From the NCBI GenBank assembly GCA_050263095.1, contig JBLNEW010000068.1, positions 14,570-78,569 of the forward strand: DNA of 64,000 nucleotides. Direction: 5' to 3'. Position 1 is the stretch's first letter; the number at the start of each line of letters is the position of its first letter. The notes beneath the pieces are model-generated. The model saw only the letters and a program-made list of their open reading frames with translations. It had not been told where the DNA came from and did not search any database. Position numbers and translations under genes: made by a program. Below, piece by piece: positions 31,049 through 41,053 of the stretch. The stretch is from Deltaproteobacteria bacterium. Lineage in GTDB: Bacteria; Desulfobacterota; Deferrimicrobia; Deferrimicrobiales; Deferrimicrobiaceae.

Positions 31049-32431
31049 CTAGAGGATGTACCGGCTCAGGTCGACGTCACGGACGATTCCCGCGAGCTTG
31101 TCGTCCACGTACTCCCTCCGTATGACTATCTCCTGCCCGCCGATCTCGGGCGCCGAGAACAGGAGGTCCTCCAGGAGCTTCTCCAGTATCGTGTAGAGGC
31201 GCCTCGCCCCTATGTTCTCGGTCCGGTCGTTCACCTCGCACGCCATCTCCGCGATCCGCTCGACCGCATCGGGCGTGAACACCACCTTCACGCCCTCGGT
31301 CCGCAGCAGCTCGGCATACTGCCGGGTGAGCGCCCCGTGCGGTTCGGTCAGGATCCGCACGAAATCCTCCTTCGTGAGCGAGTCGAGCTCGACGCGTATC
31401 GGGAACCGCCCCTGAAGCTCCGGTATCAGGTCGGAGGGCTTGGTCATGTGGAAGGCCCCGGCTGCAATGAAAAGAATGTGATCCGTGCGGACCATCCCGT
31501 ACTTCGTGTTGACGTTCGATCCCTCCACGATCGGAAGCAGGTCGCGCTGGACGCCCTGCCGGGAGACGTCGGGCCCGGAGACCGATTCACGCCCCGCGAT
31601 CTTGTCGATCTCGTCGAGGAAGACGATGCCCTCGTTTTCCGTGCGTTCGACCGCCGTCTGCTTCACCCTGTCCATGTCGACCATGCGGGACGCCTCCTCC
31701 TTTTCCAGGAAGGAGAGCGCCTCAGGGACCCGCATGCGCTTGCGCCGCACCTTCCGGGGAAAGAGGTTCCCGAGCATCTCCTGGAGGTTCCCCTCGATCC
31801 CGGCAAGCCCCTCGCCGCCCGGCACTCCCGTCAGGTCGATGGCGGACACCGCGCTTTCCCTCACCTCGATCTCCACGGTACGGTCGGACAGCCTCCCTTC
31901 TTTAAGCATCGTCCGCAGCCGCTCGCGCGAATCCTCCGCCTTCTGCTCCCCTTCCGGGGCAGGCATCCCCGGGGGCCGGGCCGGACGCGGAGGAAGCAGC
32001 AGATCGAGCAGGCGTTCTTCCGCCGCCGCTCGGGCCTTTCCGGCCACCCCCTCCATCTCCTCGCCGCGGACCATGTGCACGGCTATCTCCACAAGGTCGC
32101 GGATCATCGACTCCACGTCGCGGCCGACGTACCCGACCTCCGTGAACTTGGACGCCTCGACCTTCAGGAAAGGCGCCTGGGCCAGCCGCGCCAGCCGCCT
32201 TGCGATCTCGGTCTTTCCGACCCCAGTGGGTCCCGCCATTATTATATTCTTAGGCGCGATCTCGTCGCGGAGCGACGACGGGACCTGCCGCCTGCGCCAG
32301 CGGTTCCGCAGGGCGATCGCCACGGCGCGCTTGGCCTTCTCCTGGCCGACGATGTGGCGTGACAGCTCCGCCACGATCTCCCGCGGGATCATGGGCCGGG
32401 CGCCCCCCCCTTCCCTCCCGCCTCCCGTCAT
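31049..32431 (-). CDS. hslU: ATP-dependent protease ATPase subunit HslU
   Basis: I start at ATG compl. 32429-32431, overlapping the hslV TGA (ATGA). [47 protein letters not shown], Walker [16 protein letters not shown]. The track ORF has a spurious 93-aa N-terminal extension. Confidence 0.9.
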   Translation of the reverse strand: MTGGGREGGGARPMIPREIVAELSRHIVGQEKAKRAVAIALRNRWRRRQVPSSLRDEIAPKNIIMAGPTGVGKTEIARRLARLAQAPFLKVEASKFTEVGYVGRDVESMIRDLVEIAVHMVRGEEMEGVAGKARAAAEERLLDLLLPPRPARPPGMPAPEGEQKAEDSRERLRTMLKEGRLSDRTVEIEVRESAVSAIDLTGVPGGEGLAGIEGNLQEMLGNLFPRKVRRKRMRVPEALSFLEKEEASRMVDMDRVKQTAVERTENEGIVFLDEIDKIAGRESVSGPDVSRQGVQRDLLPIVEGSNVNTKYGMVRTDHILFIAAGAFHMTKPSDLIPELQGRFPIRVELDSLTKEDFVRILTEPHGALTRQYAELLRTEGVKVVFTPDAVERIAEMACEVNDRTENIGARRLYTILEKLLEDLLFSAPEIGGQEIVIRREYVDDKLAGIVRDVDLSRYIL

Positions 32432-32970
32432 GGCGCGGCGATCTCCTCCGACACCACGTTGTCGTTGGTATATATGCATATGCCGGAGGCGATGCGCAGC
32501 GCCTCGCACGCGATCGTGAGCGCCGGAAGCTCCGTGTGCTGCAACATTCCCCTTGCCGCCGCCAGGGCGAACGGCCCCCCGGAGCCGACGCCGATCACTC
32601 CGTCGTCGGGCTCGACCACGTCCCCGCTTCCGGACAAAAGCATCAGGTCCCGTCCGTCGGTCACCACCATTACCGCGTCCAGCCGGCGCAGCACCCGGTC
32701 GGTCCTCCATTCCTTCGCGAGCTCCACCGCCGACCTCCGGAGGTTCCCGCGGAATTCGGAGAGCTTCCCCTCGAACTTCTCGAACAGCGTGATCGCATCC
32801 GCGGTCGCCCCCGCAAATCCCGCAAGCACGCGGTCCTCATGCAGGCGGCGGATCTTCCGGGCCGTGTGCTTGAGGATGGTGGCGCCCATGGTCACCTGCC
32901 CGTCCCCCGCCATCGCCACCCGGCCGCCGCGCGACACCGCCACTATCGTAGTCCCCCGAATCTCGGTCAA
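32428..32970 (-). CDS. hslV: ATP-dependent protease peptidase subunit HslV
   Basis: 180 aa, [12 protein letters not shown]... with the N-terminal Thr nucleophile after Met; GDGQVT and GSGG motifs. Confidence 0.9.
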   Translation of the reverse strand: MTEIRGTTIVAVSRGGRVAMAGDGQVTMGATILKHTARKIRRLHEDRVLAGFAGATADAITLFEKFEGKLSEFRGNLRRSAVELAKEWRTDRVLRRLDAVMVVTDGRDLMLLSGSGDVVEPDDGVIGVGSGGPFALAAARGMLQHTELPALTIACEALRIASGICIYTNDNVVSEEIAAP

Positions 32971-33926
32971 GACTTCCTCCCCGGGCGCGACAAGGGGTGC
33001 GCCGACTCGTATGCCCGCACGAGATGGCTGACGTTGACCCTCGCGTACCTCTGCGTCGTGGAAAGCGACGAGTGCCCCAGCATCTCCTGAATAGCCCGCA
33101 GGTCCGCGCCGGATTCCAGCAGGTGCGTCGCGAAGCTGTGCCGGAGTCCGTGCGGCGACAGCTTCCGCCCCGTCCCTGCCCGCCTGAGGGCGTAATCCAG
33201 GATACGGGCGACGCTGCGAGCCGAAAGGCCGCCCCCCCTCAAGTTGCGGAACAGGACACCCGCATCCGAGGCCTTTTCCGAAGAAGCGGACGCTTCCCGC
33301 TCGGACAGGTATTCCCTTATCGCGCGTATCGCCTTCCCCCCGACCGGTACGATCCGCACCTTTCGCCCCTTCCCCGTCACGCGAACCGTGCCCTCCTTCA
33401 GGCGTATGTCTTCACGCCGCAGAGCCACCAGTTCCCCGACGCGCAGGCCCGACGAGTAAAGCAGCTCGAGGATCGCGGCATCGCGCGCGCTCTTCTCTCC
33501 TCCCCCCGGCGCCGATCGGAGCAGGTCCATCATCTCGTCAACCGGGAGAAAACCAGGGAGCTTCATCTCCCTTCGGGGGGCCGCGAGCGACGCAGCCGGA
33601 TTCCCCGGAAGCGCCCCCTGACCGACCAGGAACGCGAAGAATGACCGGACGGCCGAGATCTTCCTCGCCAGGGACGCCGGTTTCAGGGACGGAAACCTGG
33701 CGGAGAAGAACCTGCGCAGGTCATCGGTCGTCACCGTCTTCCACCCGCCGGTCGCCTTGCCGGGGCCCTTCCCCTTCCTCTCCTTCAGGAACGCTTCGAG
33801 ATCGGAAACCTCGCGCACGTATGCGCGCACGGTTTCCCTGGAAGCATTCCGCTCCGAGAGGAGGAACTGCGCGAATCGGCCGATGGCGTCGTTCGAATAC
33901 GTGGCATCTCCCTTCCAAACCTTCAA
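32967..33926 (-). CDS. tyrosine recombinase XerC/XerD family
   Basis: [34 protein letters not shown] box II with catalytic Tyr, and [10 protein letters not shown] box I. I re-called the start to TTG compl. 33924-33926, which gives an XerD-like N-terminal length. Track ATG 34034 would overlap trmFO by about 95 nt. Sits in the conserved xerC-hslV-hslU arrangement. Confidence 0.8.
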   Translation of the reverse strand: MKVWKGDATYSNDAIGRFAQFLLSERNASRETVRAYVREVSDLEAFLKERKGKGPGKATGGWKTVTTDDLRRFFSARFPSLKPASLARKISAVRSFFAFLVGQGALPGNPAASLAAPRREMKLPGFLPVDEMMDLLRSAPGGGEKSARDAAILELLYSSGLRVGELVALRREDIRLKEGTVRVTGKGRKVRIVPVGGKAIRAIREYLSEREASASSEKASDAGVLFRNLRGGGLSARSVARILDYALRRAGTGRKLSPHGLRHSFATHLLESGADLRAIQEMLGHSSLSTTQRYARVNVSHLVRAYESAHPLSRPGRKS

Positions 33927-33939
33927 AAAAGGAAAAGAT

Positions 33940-35292
33940 TTATGTAACACACAAGGGGTTAAATTTAAAGAAACTTCTGCGGAATTCCGTGATCGCGGAA
34001 AGCGCCGCCGCGGCTTGCCTTGCCTTGCGCTCACGCTTCCTGCCGGGCGGGGGCTCCGGGAGCAGGCCGAAGTTGGCGTTCATGGGCTGGCAACGGCCCG
34101 GGCGCGGCGAAGTTATATAACGCAGGAGGGACCCGGTCATGGAGGCGTCGGGAAGCGGGAAGGGCGCTTTCCCCGCCGCCATCGATGCGATGTAACAGGC
34201 AGCCGCGAAACCGGAGGCTATCGACTCCACGTAGCCCTCCACCCCCGTGATCTGGCCCGCGAAGAAAAGGCCCGGACGCCTCCGGCACTCCAGCCACGGA
34301 TGTAGATGGCGCCGCGCGTCCAGGAAGCTGTTCCTGTGGACTGAACCGTACCTCAGAAACCTCGCGCGGGAGAGCCCCGGTATCATGGAAAATACGCGCT
34401 CCTGTTCGGGATAGGCGAGCTTCGTCTGGAATCCGACCAGGTTGTACATCGTCCCCGCCGCATTCTCCTTGCGGAGCTGCACGACGGCGTGCGGAATCCT
34501 TCCCGTCCTTGGGTCCGGAAGGCCGACCGGGCGCATCGGCCCGAAAAGGAGCGTTTCCGGCCCCCTGCGGGCGAGCGTTTCCAACGGCATGCATGACTCG
34601 AAATACCTCTCGTCCTCGAACTCACGGGCAGGGACCACGCGGGCCGACAGCAGCGCGGACAGGAACGCTTCGTACTGCTCCCTGTTCATCGGGAGGTTCA
34701 GATAATCCCCCTCCCAAGGCCGGCCGCCGTACCGGTCCGCCAGGAACGCGGCATCTCCGTCTATCGTGGAGGCGTCGACTATCGGCGAGATCGCGTCGTA
34801 GAAATAATATCCCTCGTCCCCCAGGAGCGTTCGGATCGACGAGGACAGCGCGTCCGAAGGAAGCGGACCGCACGCCACGAGGACAAGGCCCGATTCGGGA
34901 ATCGACCGGACCTCCCTCTCCTCCACCCGGACGTTCGGCCTGGAGCGGACGGCTCCGGTCACCAGCTTCCCGAAGAGTTCGCGGTCCACGGCAAGGGCCT
35001 TTCCCGCGGGGACGCGGGCGCGGTCCGCGAGAAAAAGCAGGTTCGATCCCAGCTCCCGCAGCTCCGCCTTCAGCAGGCCCTTTCCCGACTGCTCTTCCTC
35101 GGAGCCCAGGGAGTTGCTGCACACGAGCTCCGCGAACCATCCCGTCGTGTGCGCGGGCGAAGAGGAGCCCGGGCGCATCTCCAGCAGATCGACGGGAACG
35201 CCCGCGGCCGAGAGGACCAGCGCGGCCTCCGAGCCCGCGAGCCCGGCTCCTATTACGGTGATTCTTGCGTCAGGAGGCGGAACCGCCGGCAC
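33940..35292 (-). CDS. trmFO: methylenetetrahydrofolate--tRNA-(uracil-5)-methyltransferase
   Basis: 450 aa. FAD motif ITVIGAGLAGSEAA; Gid/TrmFO-wide similarity. Confidence 0.85.
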   Translation of the reverse strand: MPAVPPPDARITVIGAGLAGSEAALVLSAAGVPVDLLEMRPGSSSPAHTTGWFAELVCSNSLGSEEEQSGKGLLKAELRELGSNLLFLADRARVPAGKALAVDRELFGKLVTGAVRSRPNVRVEEREVRSIPESGLVLVACGPLPSDALSSSIRTLLGDEGYYFYDAISPIVDASTIDGDAAFLADRYGGRPWEGDYLNLPMNREQYEAFLSALLSARVVPAREFEDERYFESCMPLETLARRGPETLLFGPMRPVGLPDPRTGRIPHAVVQLRKENAAGTMYNLVGFQTKLAYPEQERVFSMIPGLSRARFLRYGSVHRNSFLDARRHLHPWLECRRRPGLFFAGQITGVEGYVESIASGFAAACYIASMAAGKAPFPLPDASMTGSLLRYITSPRPGRCQPMNANFGLLPEPPPGRKRERKARQAAAALSAITEFRRSFFKFNPLCVT

Positions 35293-36946
35293 GCGAGTTC
35301 GCCCTCCTCTCGGGGAGGAAAACGGAGAAGGTGCTTCCGTGCCCCGGCTGGGACCTTACTTCGATGAAACCTCGGTGGATCTGGACGATCCTCTGGGAAA
35401 TGGCGAGCCCGAGCCCCGTCCCTCCCTCCTTGGTCGTGAAGAACGGATTGAAAATCTTCCCCGTGTTTGCGGGATCGATCCCCATTCCGGTGTCGCTCAC
35501 CGTCGTCACCGCGTACCTCTCCCCGTGGCGCACCTGCGGAAACAGGTCGAGCCGCACCTGGCCGCCGGGCCTGGTGGCCTGCACTGCGTTGCGCATGAGG
35601 TTCCAGATGACCTGCTTGAGCTGCTCCGAGTCGCCGTCGACGAACAGGTTCCTGAGCGTAAGCTTCTCGACTTCCACGCCCTTTTCACGTGCCTCTCCCG
35701 CGCGGACGGCGTCGATGACCTCGCCCAGCAGGTCCGCCATGTTCACGGGCCCCACGTTGCGAAGGGAGGGCCCCGTGTAGGCGAGGAAGTCGGATATGAG
35801 GCCGTTAAGCCGCGTGCTTTCGCGCTCTATGATGTCCAGAAGCGTCATGTCGTCCTCCGCCAGGTCCGGGGATTCCCTCAGCATCTGCGATGAGCCGGCG
35901 ATCGAGGCGAGCGGATTGCGTATCTCGTGGGCTAGCCCGGCGGCCAGCTCCCCCACGCCCGCAAGCCGGTCGGCGATGCGGACGCGTTCCTCCATGAGCT
36001 TCACCGGGGTCAGGTCCTGGAAGATGACGACCCTTCCGATCACTCTTCCTTCCGCGTCCTTCAAGGGAGACGCTGAAAAACCAAGGAAGATTTCGGCGCC
36101 GTCCGAGCGGCGGAAGCATATCTCCGACCGGGGCAGGCGAAGCTCTCCCCTGGGGTCCAGCAGCTCGAGCCCTCCGAGGACCTCCTCCACGTGCCTCCCC
36201 GCCACGTCCTCCCTCCGCACTCCCAGTATGCTGCACGCGGTGTCGTTTATGAGGCTGACGCGTCCCAGCATGTCGGCGGTCAGGATCCCAGAAGGTATGT
36301 TGTCGACGACGTGCTTGTGGAACGACTCCAGCTTCTGGAGGTCGTCCTCGCGCGCCAGGACCCGCTGGCGTGTCTTCCTTATGTCTTCCCCGAGAAGTCC
36401 GGAAAGCACGCCGGTCATCAGGAAGCCGATGGAGTTCGTAAGCGCGGGCCGGAGGAACTGGAACCAGGCGAGGCGGAATTCCTCGGCCCCGGGGGGCACG
36501 AGGACCCCGCGCATCTGCAGGTAAAGGAGCGTGACGTAGGAAACGGCGGAAAATACCGCCCAGATCATGGCTCCCTTGAGGAACAGCTCCAGGCTTCCCA
36601 GCAGGATGATGACGACGTACATGAACGCGAAAACGCTGTCGTACATTCCCGTGGCGAAGACGATTATGGAAACGAACGCCACGTCCACGAGCGCCTGGAT
36701 TATGCAAATCGGCAGGGAAAGGTCGCCGCTGCCCCAAAGCGCGAAGCGGAGGAGCAGCCACCCGTAGGAAAGCACGACGGCCGCGTAGAGGTACTTGAAC
36801 CCGCCGGCGAGGAAGAGCTCCGGCTCCTGGAAATGGACCGATACTACCGATGCCAGCAGGGCGAACGTGATCCCGGTTCGGACCAGAAGGAGGTTTCGCC
36901 CGCCCGGGGCCTCCTTCCCGCGCCTGTCGGCGGAAACCGCCGACAC
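35270..36946 (-). CDS. sensor histidine kinase, multi-TM N-terminus + PAS + HisKA + HATPase (PilS-like by position next to pilBTC)
   Basis: 558 aa. Six predicted TM helices, H-box HEIRNPL, N/G boxes (NLMRNAVQAT; DTGMGI; GGTGLGLAI). Directly downstream of pilC. Confidence 0.75.
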   Translation of the reverse strand: MSAVSADRRGKEAPGGRNLLLVRTGITFALLASVVSVHFQEPELFLAGGFKYLYAAVVLSYGWLLLRFALWGSGDLSLPICIIQALVDVAFVSIIVFATGMYDSVFAFMYVVIILLGSLELFLKGAMIWAVFSAVSYVTLLYLQMRGVLVPPGAEEFRLAWFQFLRPALTNSIGFLMTGVLSGLLGEDIRKTRQRVLAREDDLQKLESFHKHVVDNIPSGILTADMLGRVSLINDTACSILGVRREDVAGRHVEEVLGGLELLDPRGELRLPRSEICFRRSDGAEIFLGFSASPLKDAEGRVIGRVVIFQDLTPVKLMEERVRIADRLAGVGELAAGLAHEIRNPLASIAGSSQMLRESPDLAEDDMTLLDIIERESTRLNGLISDFLAYTGPSLRNVGPVNMADLLGEVIDAVRAGEAREKGVEVEKLTLRNLFVDGDSEQLKQVIWNLMRNAVQATRPGGQVRLDLFPQVRHGERYAVTTVSDTGMGIDPANTGKIFNPFFTTKEGGTGLGLAISQRIVQIHRGFIEVRSQPGHGSTFSVFLPERRANSRAGGSAS

Positions 36947-36949
36947 CCT

Positions 36950-38161
36950 CTATCCGCCGACGACGCCTGCCAGCTTGAAGATCGGCAGGTACATCGCGAT
37001 GACCAGGCCGCCGATCACCACGCCCAGGAATATCATCAGCATCGGCTCGAGGAGGGCGGTCAAGGCGTCCACGGCCGCATCGACCTCCTCGTCATAGAAA
37101 TCGGCTATCTTGTTGAGCATCGTGTCGAGCGCCCCCGTCGCCTCCCCGACCGCCACCATCTGGGTCACCATCACGGGGAACACCTTGGCTTCGGCGATCG
37201 GGTCCGCGATCGTCTTCCCTTCGCTTATGCTCATCCGGGCCTTGACGATGGCTTCCTCGATGATCTTGTTCCCCGCCGACTTGGCGACAATGTCCATGCT
37301 TTCCAGGATTGGCACGCCGCTGCTCACCATCGTGCCCAGCGTGCGCGAGAAACGGGCCACCGCGATTCTCTGGAGCAGGCTCCCGACGATCGGCAGCTTG
37401 AGGAGGAGGGCGTCTATGTTCCTGCGCCCGCTCTCCAAGGACCGGTACCAGCGCAACGCGAAGACCAGCCCCCCGATGGCGACCAGCACTAGCAGGAAAT
37501 ATTTCCTGGTGAAGGCGGAGAGCCCGAGGACGAACTGGGTGGGCACGGGAAGGGCCTGCCCGAAGTCCTCGAACATCTTCCCGAATATCGGGATGACGTA
37601 CAAGAGCAGGACCACGGTTACGATGATGGCGACCGCGACGATGGTCGAAGGGTAGACCATCGCGCCCTTTATCTTCTTGGCCAGCTTCATCGCCTTTTCG
37701 ATGTGCGCGGCGAGGCGGGACAGGATCGTGTCCAGGATGCCTCCGACCTCGCCGGCGGCGACCAGGTTCACGAACAGCTCGTCGAACACCTTCGGATGCT
37801 TCGACAGGGCGTCGGCGAAGGTCGAGCCGCTCTCCACGTCCTCCTTCACCTTCATGATGACGGTCTTGAACGCCTGGTTCTCCTGCTGCATGCCGAGTAT
37901 GTCCAGGCACTGGACAAGGGGAAGGCCGGCGTCGATCATGGTGGCGAACTGGCGCGTGAAGATCGCCAGCTCCTTCTGGCTTATTTTTCCCCTGAACCCG
38001 GGGAGCTTGAATCCCAGATCCTTCGACTTCGGCTTGACCTTGACGGGAACGATCTGCTGCCTGCGCAGCTGCGCCAGCACGAAGGCCTCGTTGGGCGCCT
38101 CCAGCTCCCCCGAAAGGTTTCCGCCCGCCCTGGTCTTGCCTTCCCAGACGAATTTCGGCAT
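36950..38161 (-). CDS. pilC: type IV pilus assembly platform protein PilC (GspF family)
   Basis: 403 aa. Two T2SSF repeats and three TM segments. Confidence 0.85.
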   Translation of the reverse strand: MPKFVWEGKTRAGGNLSGELEAPNEAFVLAQLRRQQIVPVKVKPKSKDLGFKLPGFRGKISQKELAIFTRQFATMIDAGLPLVQCLDILGMQQENQAFKTVIMKVKEDVESGSTFADALSKHPKVFDELFVNLVAAGEVGGILDTILSRLAAHIEKAMKLAKKIKGAMVYPSTIVAVAIIVTVVLLLYVIPIFGKMFEDFGQALPVPTQFVLGLSAFTRKYFLLVLVAIGGLVFALRWYRSLESGRRNIDALLLKLPIVGSLLQRIAVARFSRTLGTMVSSGVPILESMDIVAKSAGNKIIEEAIVKARMSISEGKTIADPIAEAKVFPVMVTQMVAVGEATGALDTMLNKIADFYDEEVDAAVDALTALLEPMLMIFLGVVIGGLVIAMYLPIFKLAGVVGG

Positions 38162-38182
38162 CGTTTCCTCCGCGCCTGCCCT

Positions 38183-39280
38183 CTAGGCTCTTCTTCCCGC
38201 GCCCTGCGGCGCGTTGTGCGCCGCCGAGAGCAGGTTCCTGAACTCTTCGGGGTCGGTGCTCCTCCCCACGGCGTCATCCAGCGTGATCTCCCTGCGAAGA
38301 TATGCGGCGAGCAGCGACTGGTTCATGGTCTGCATTCCGAACTTGGTCTGCCCCACCTGCATCTGCGAGTAGATCTGGTGGACCTTCTCCTCCCTGATCA
38401 GGTTCCGGATCGCCGGGTTCGGGACCATCACTTCCAGGCAGAGCACCCTGCCCAGCCCCGAAGCCTTGGGCAGGAGGATCTGCGAGACGACGCCCTCAAG
38501 GACGAACGACATCTGGGCCCTCACCTGCGGCTGCTGGTACGGGGGGAACACGTCGAGGATCCGGTTGATGGTCTGTACGCACGAGTTCGTGTGGAGCGTG
38601 GCGAACACCAGGTGGCCGGTCTCCGCGACGGTCAGCGCCGCCTCGACCGTCTCCAGGTCCCGCATCTCGCCGATGAGCACGACGTCGGGATCCTGCCGGA
38701 GGATGTGCTTCAGAGCCTTCTTGAAGCTCTGCGTGTCGGCGTTCACCTCCCGCTGGTTGATGACGCACTTCTTGTGCGGGTGCAGGTACTCGATCGGGTC
38801 CTCGATCGTGACTATGTGCTCCTGTCGCTCCGAGTTGATCTTGTCGATCATCGCGGCGAGGGTCGTCGATTTCCCCGATCCCGTCGGCCCCGTCACGAGG
38901 ACCAGCCCCCTTGGCTTCTTGCAGAGGTCTTTCAGCACGGACGGCAACCCCAGCTCGTCGAAGGTCCGGACCCGGAAGGGAATGGTCCGGAACGCGCCCG
39001 CCACCGCCCCCCGCTGCATGTATATGTTGGCGCGGAAGCGACTCAATCCCTTCACGCCGAAGGAGAGGTCCAGCTCCCATTCCTCTTCGAACCGCTGCTT
39101 CTGCGCCTCGGTCAGGATGCTGTAGCACAGGCGTTTCGTGTCAGGCGGGGCCAGCGGCTCCGCAGGCAGCGGAACCAGCCGCCCGTCCACGCGAATCGTG
39201 GGGGCGATGCCCGTTGTGATGTGAAGGTCGGAGGCGCCTTTCTCGTACATGACGCTCAGCATCTCGTGCATCGAAATCAT
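38183..39280 (-). CDS. pilT: type IV pilus twitching-motility retraction ATPase PilT
   Basis: 365 aa. Walker A GPTGSGKSTT, Asp box, His box (ATLHTN), PilT-specific AIRNLIRE motif. Confidence 0.9.
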   Translation of the reverse strand: MISMHEMLSVMYEKGASDLHITTGIAPTIRVDGRLVPLPAEPLAPPDTKRLCYSILTEAQKQRFEEEWELDLSFGVKGLSRFRANIYMQRGAVAGAFRTIPFRVRTFDELGLPSVLKDLCKKPRGLVLVTGPTGSGKSTTLAAMIDKINSERQEHIVTIEDPIEYLHPHKKCVINQREVNADTQSFKKALKHILRQDPDVVLIGEMRDLETVEAALTVAETGHLVFATLHTNSCVQTINRILDVFPPYQQPQVRAQMSFVLEGVVSQILLPKASGLGRVLCLEVMVPNPAIRNLIREEKVHQIYSQMQVGQTKFGMQTMNQSLLAAYLRREITLDDAVGRSTDPEEFRNLLSAAHNAPQGAGRRA

Positions 39281-39307
39281 AGGCGTCTTCTCCTTGGTCT
39301 TCCCCGC

Positions 39308-41005
39308 TTAATCGGGTGCGGTCACGCGGAGCACTTCCTCCAGCGTGGTGACCCCTTCCTCGATCTTGGACAGCCCCGACTGCCGGAGCGTCTTCATCCC
39401 GAGCCGGATCGCCTCCCGCTTGACTTCCAGCGCGGATCCGCCCCGCAGGATCAGGTCCTTCAAGTCCTCCTTTACGGGCATGACCTCGTAAAGCGCGACG
39501 CGCCCGCGGAACCCGGTGCCGTTGCAGTCGTCGCACCCCTTGCCGCGGGACGGACGCGCGAACTTGAGCCGTTCGGGCTTCATGCCCGCGTCCAGCAGCG
39601 CCTTCGGCGGTATCTTCAACTCTTCCTTGCAGTTCTGGCAGATCCTGCGGGCCAGCCGCTGCGCCAGGATCAGGTTAAGCGACGAGGATACGAGGAAAGG
39701 CTCGATGCCCATGTTCAACAGGCGGGTCACGGTGCTCGGCGCGTCGTTGGTGTGGAGCGTCGAAAGGACGAGGTGCCCGGTGAGGGCCGCCTTCACGCCG
39801 ATTTCCGCCGTCTCGTAGTCGCGTATCTCCCCCACCATTATTATGTCGGGGTCCTGGCGCAGGAAGGAGCGCAGCGCCGCCGCGAACGTCAGCCCGATCT
39901 CCTCCTTTATCTGCACCTGGTTTATCCCGGCGAAGTTGTACTCCACCGGGTCTTCCGCGGTCGAGATGTTGTCCGTCGTTTTGTTCAGGTCGGCGAGCGC
40001 CGAGTAGAGGGTCGTGGTCTTGCCCGAACCGGTCGGGCCGGTCACCAGGATCATCCCGAAGGGGCGGTGGATGGCCTCCTGGAAATCCTTGAGCGACTCG
40101 ACCTCGAACCCCAGCTTTGTCATGTCGAGCTGCAGGCTCGCCTTGTCCAGGAGGCGCAGGACTATCTTCTCGCCGTAGATGGTGGGAAGGACCGAGACGC
40201 GGAAGTCCATCTCCCTGCCCTTCCCGACCTTGAGCTTGATCCTGCCGTCCTGCGGGAGCCTCCGTTCCGCGATGTCGAGGCTCGACATGATCTTCAGCCG
40301 GGACGACAGGGCGTTGCGCAGCTTCAGCGGCGGTCGCATGACCTCGTAGAGCACGCCGTCCACGCGGTAGCGGACGCGGAATTCCTTCTCGTACGGCTCG
40401 ATGTGGATGTCCGAGGCGCGGCGTTTTATGGCGTCGGTGAGCACGAAGTTGGCGAGCTTGACCACCGGGGCGTCGTCGACCCTGCTCTCCTGGTCGGTGG
40501 CCTCGAAATCCTCTTCACGCACGACCTCCAGGTCTTCGTCCAGCTCGGAGATGATGTCCTTGAAATCCATCGACTGGTCGAAGTACTTGTTTATGGCCGT
40601 GGTTATGTCCTTCTCCGAGGCAAGCACCAGCTCCACCGCATAGCCGGTCTTGAACCCGATGGCGTCGATGATCGCCATGTTCGACGGATCGGCGACCGCC
40701 ACGATCAGCTTCGCTCCGACGCGGTTGATGGGAAGCGCGAGGTTCTTCTGGACCATCTCCTCGGGCAGAAGGCGGACGACTTCGGCGTTTATCTCGTACT
40801 TGGACAGGTCGACGACGGGGACGTTGAACTGGCGCCCGAGAAAAGCCAGGAGCTCCTGCTCCTTGATGAAGCCGGACTTGACCAGGACCGACCCGATCCG
40901 CTCCTTGGTCTTTTTCTGTGTATCCAGGGCGCTTCTTAGCTGCTCCGGGCTGATGATGTTTCCCTTGAGGAGCATCTCGCCGATTTTGGTTGCCATCACG
41001 GACAT
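39308..41005 (-). CDS. pilB: type IV pilus assembly ATPase PilB (GspE family)
   Basis: 565 aa. N-terminal GSPII_E_N domain, Walker A GPTGSGKTTT, tetracysteine zinc motif (CQNC...CDDC). Confidence 0.9.
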   Translation of the reverse strand: MSVMATKIGEMLLKGNIISPEQLRSALDTQKKTKERIGSVLVKSGFIKEQELLAFLGRQFNVPVVDLSKYEINAEVVRLLPEEMVQKNLALPINRVGAKLIVAVADPSNMAIIDAIGFKTGYAVELVLASEKDITTAINKYFDQSMDFKDIISELDEDLEVVREEDFEATDQESRVDDAPVVKLANFVLTDAIKRRASDIHIEPYEKEFRVRYRVDGVLYEVMRPPLKLRNALSSRLKIMSSLDIAERRLPQDGRIKLKVGKGREMDFRVSVLPTIYGEKIVLRLLDKASLQLDMTKLGFEVESLKDFQEAIHRPFGMILVTGPTGSGKTTTLYSALADLNKTTDNISTAEDPVEYNFAGINQVQIKEEIGLTFAAALRSFLRQDPDIIMVGEIRDYETAEIGVKAALTGHLVLSTLHTNDAPSTVTRLLNMGIEPFLVSSSLNLILAQRLARRICQNCKEELKIPPKALLDAGMKPERLKFARPSRGKGCDDCNGTGFRGRVALYEVMPVKEDLKDLILRGGSALEVKREAIRLGMKTLRQSGLSKIEEGVTTLEEVLRVTAPD

Positions 41006-41053
41006 CGAATAGTCACCAAATAGAGTATAAATTAGACTATATTTAGCATAAAA

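Noticed and set aside
32967-34034. XerC/D with the track ATG start at 34034
   Set aside because: That start would overlap trmFO by about 95 nt and add about 35 non-conserved residues. TTG 33926 fits the Xer N-terminal length better.
37703-40939. 1078-aa plus-strand ORF antisense to pilC/pilT/pilB. Also many other long Arg/Pro/Gly-rich antisense ORFs (e.g. 2972..4105, 4761..5855, 20587..22314, 24811..26823, 26708..28453, 28615..31020)
   Set aside because: Typical stop-codon-poor antisense frames in high-GC DNA. They have low-complexity composition, no domain signatures, and each fully overlaps well-supported genes on the other strand.
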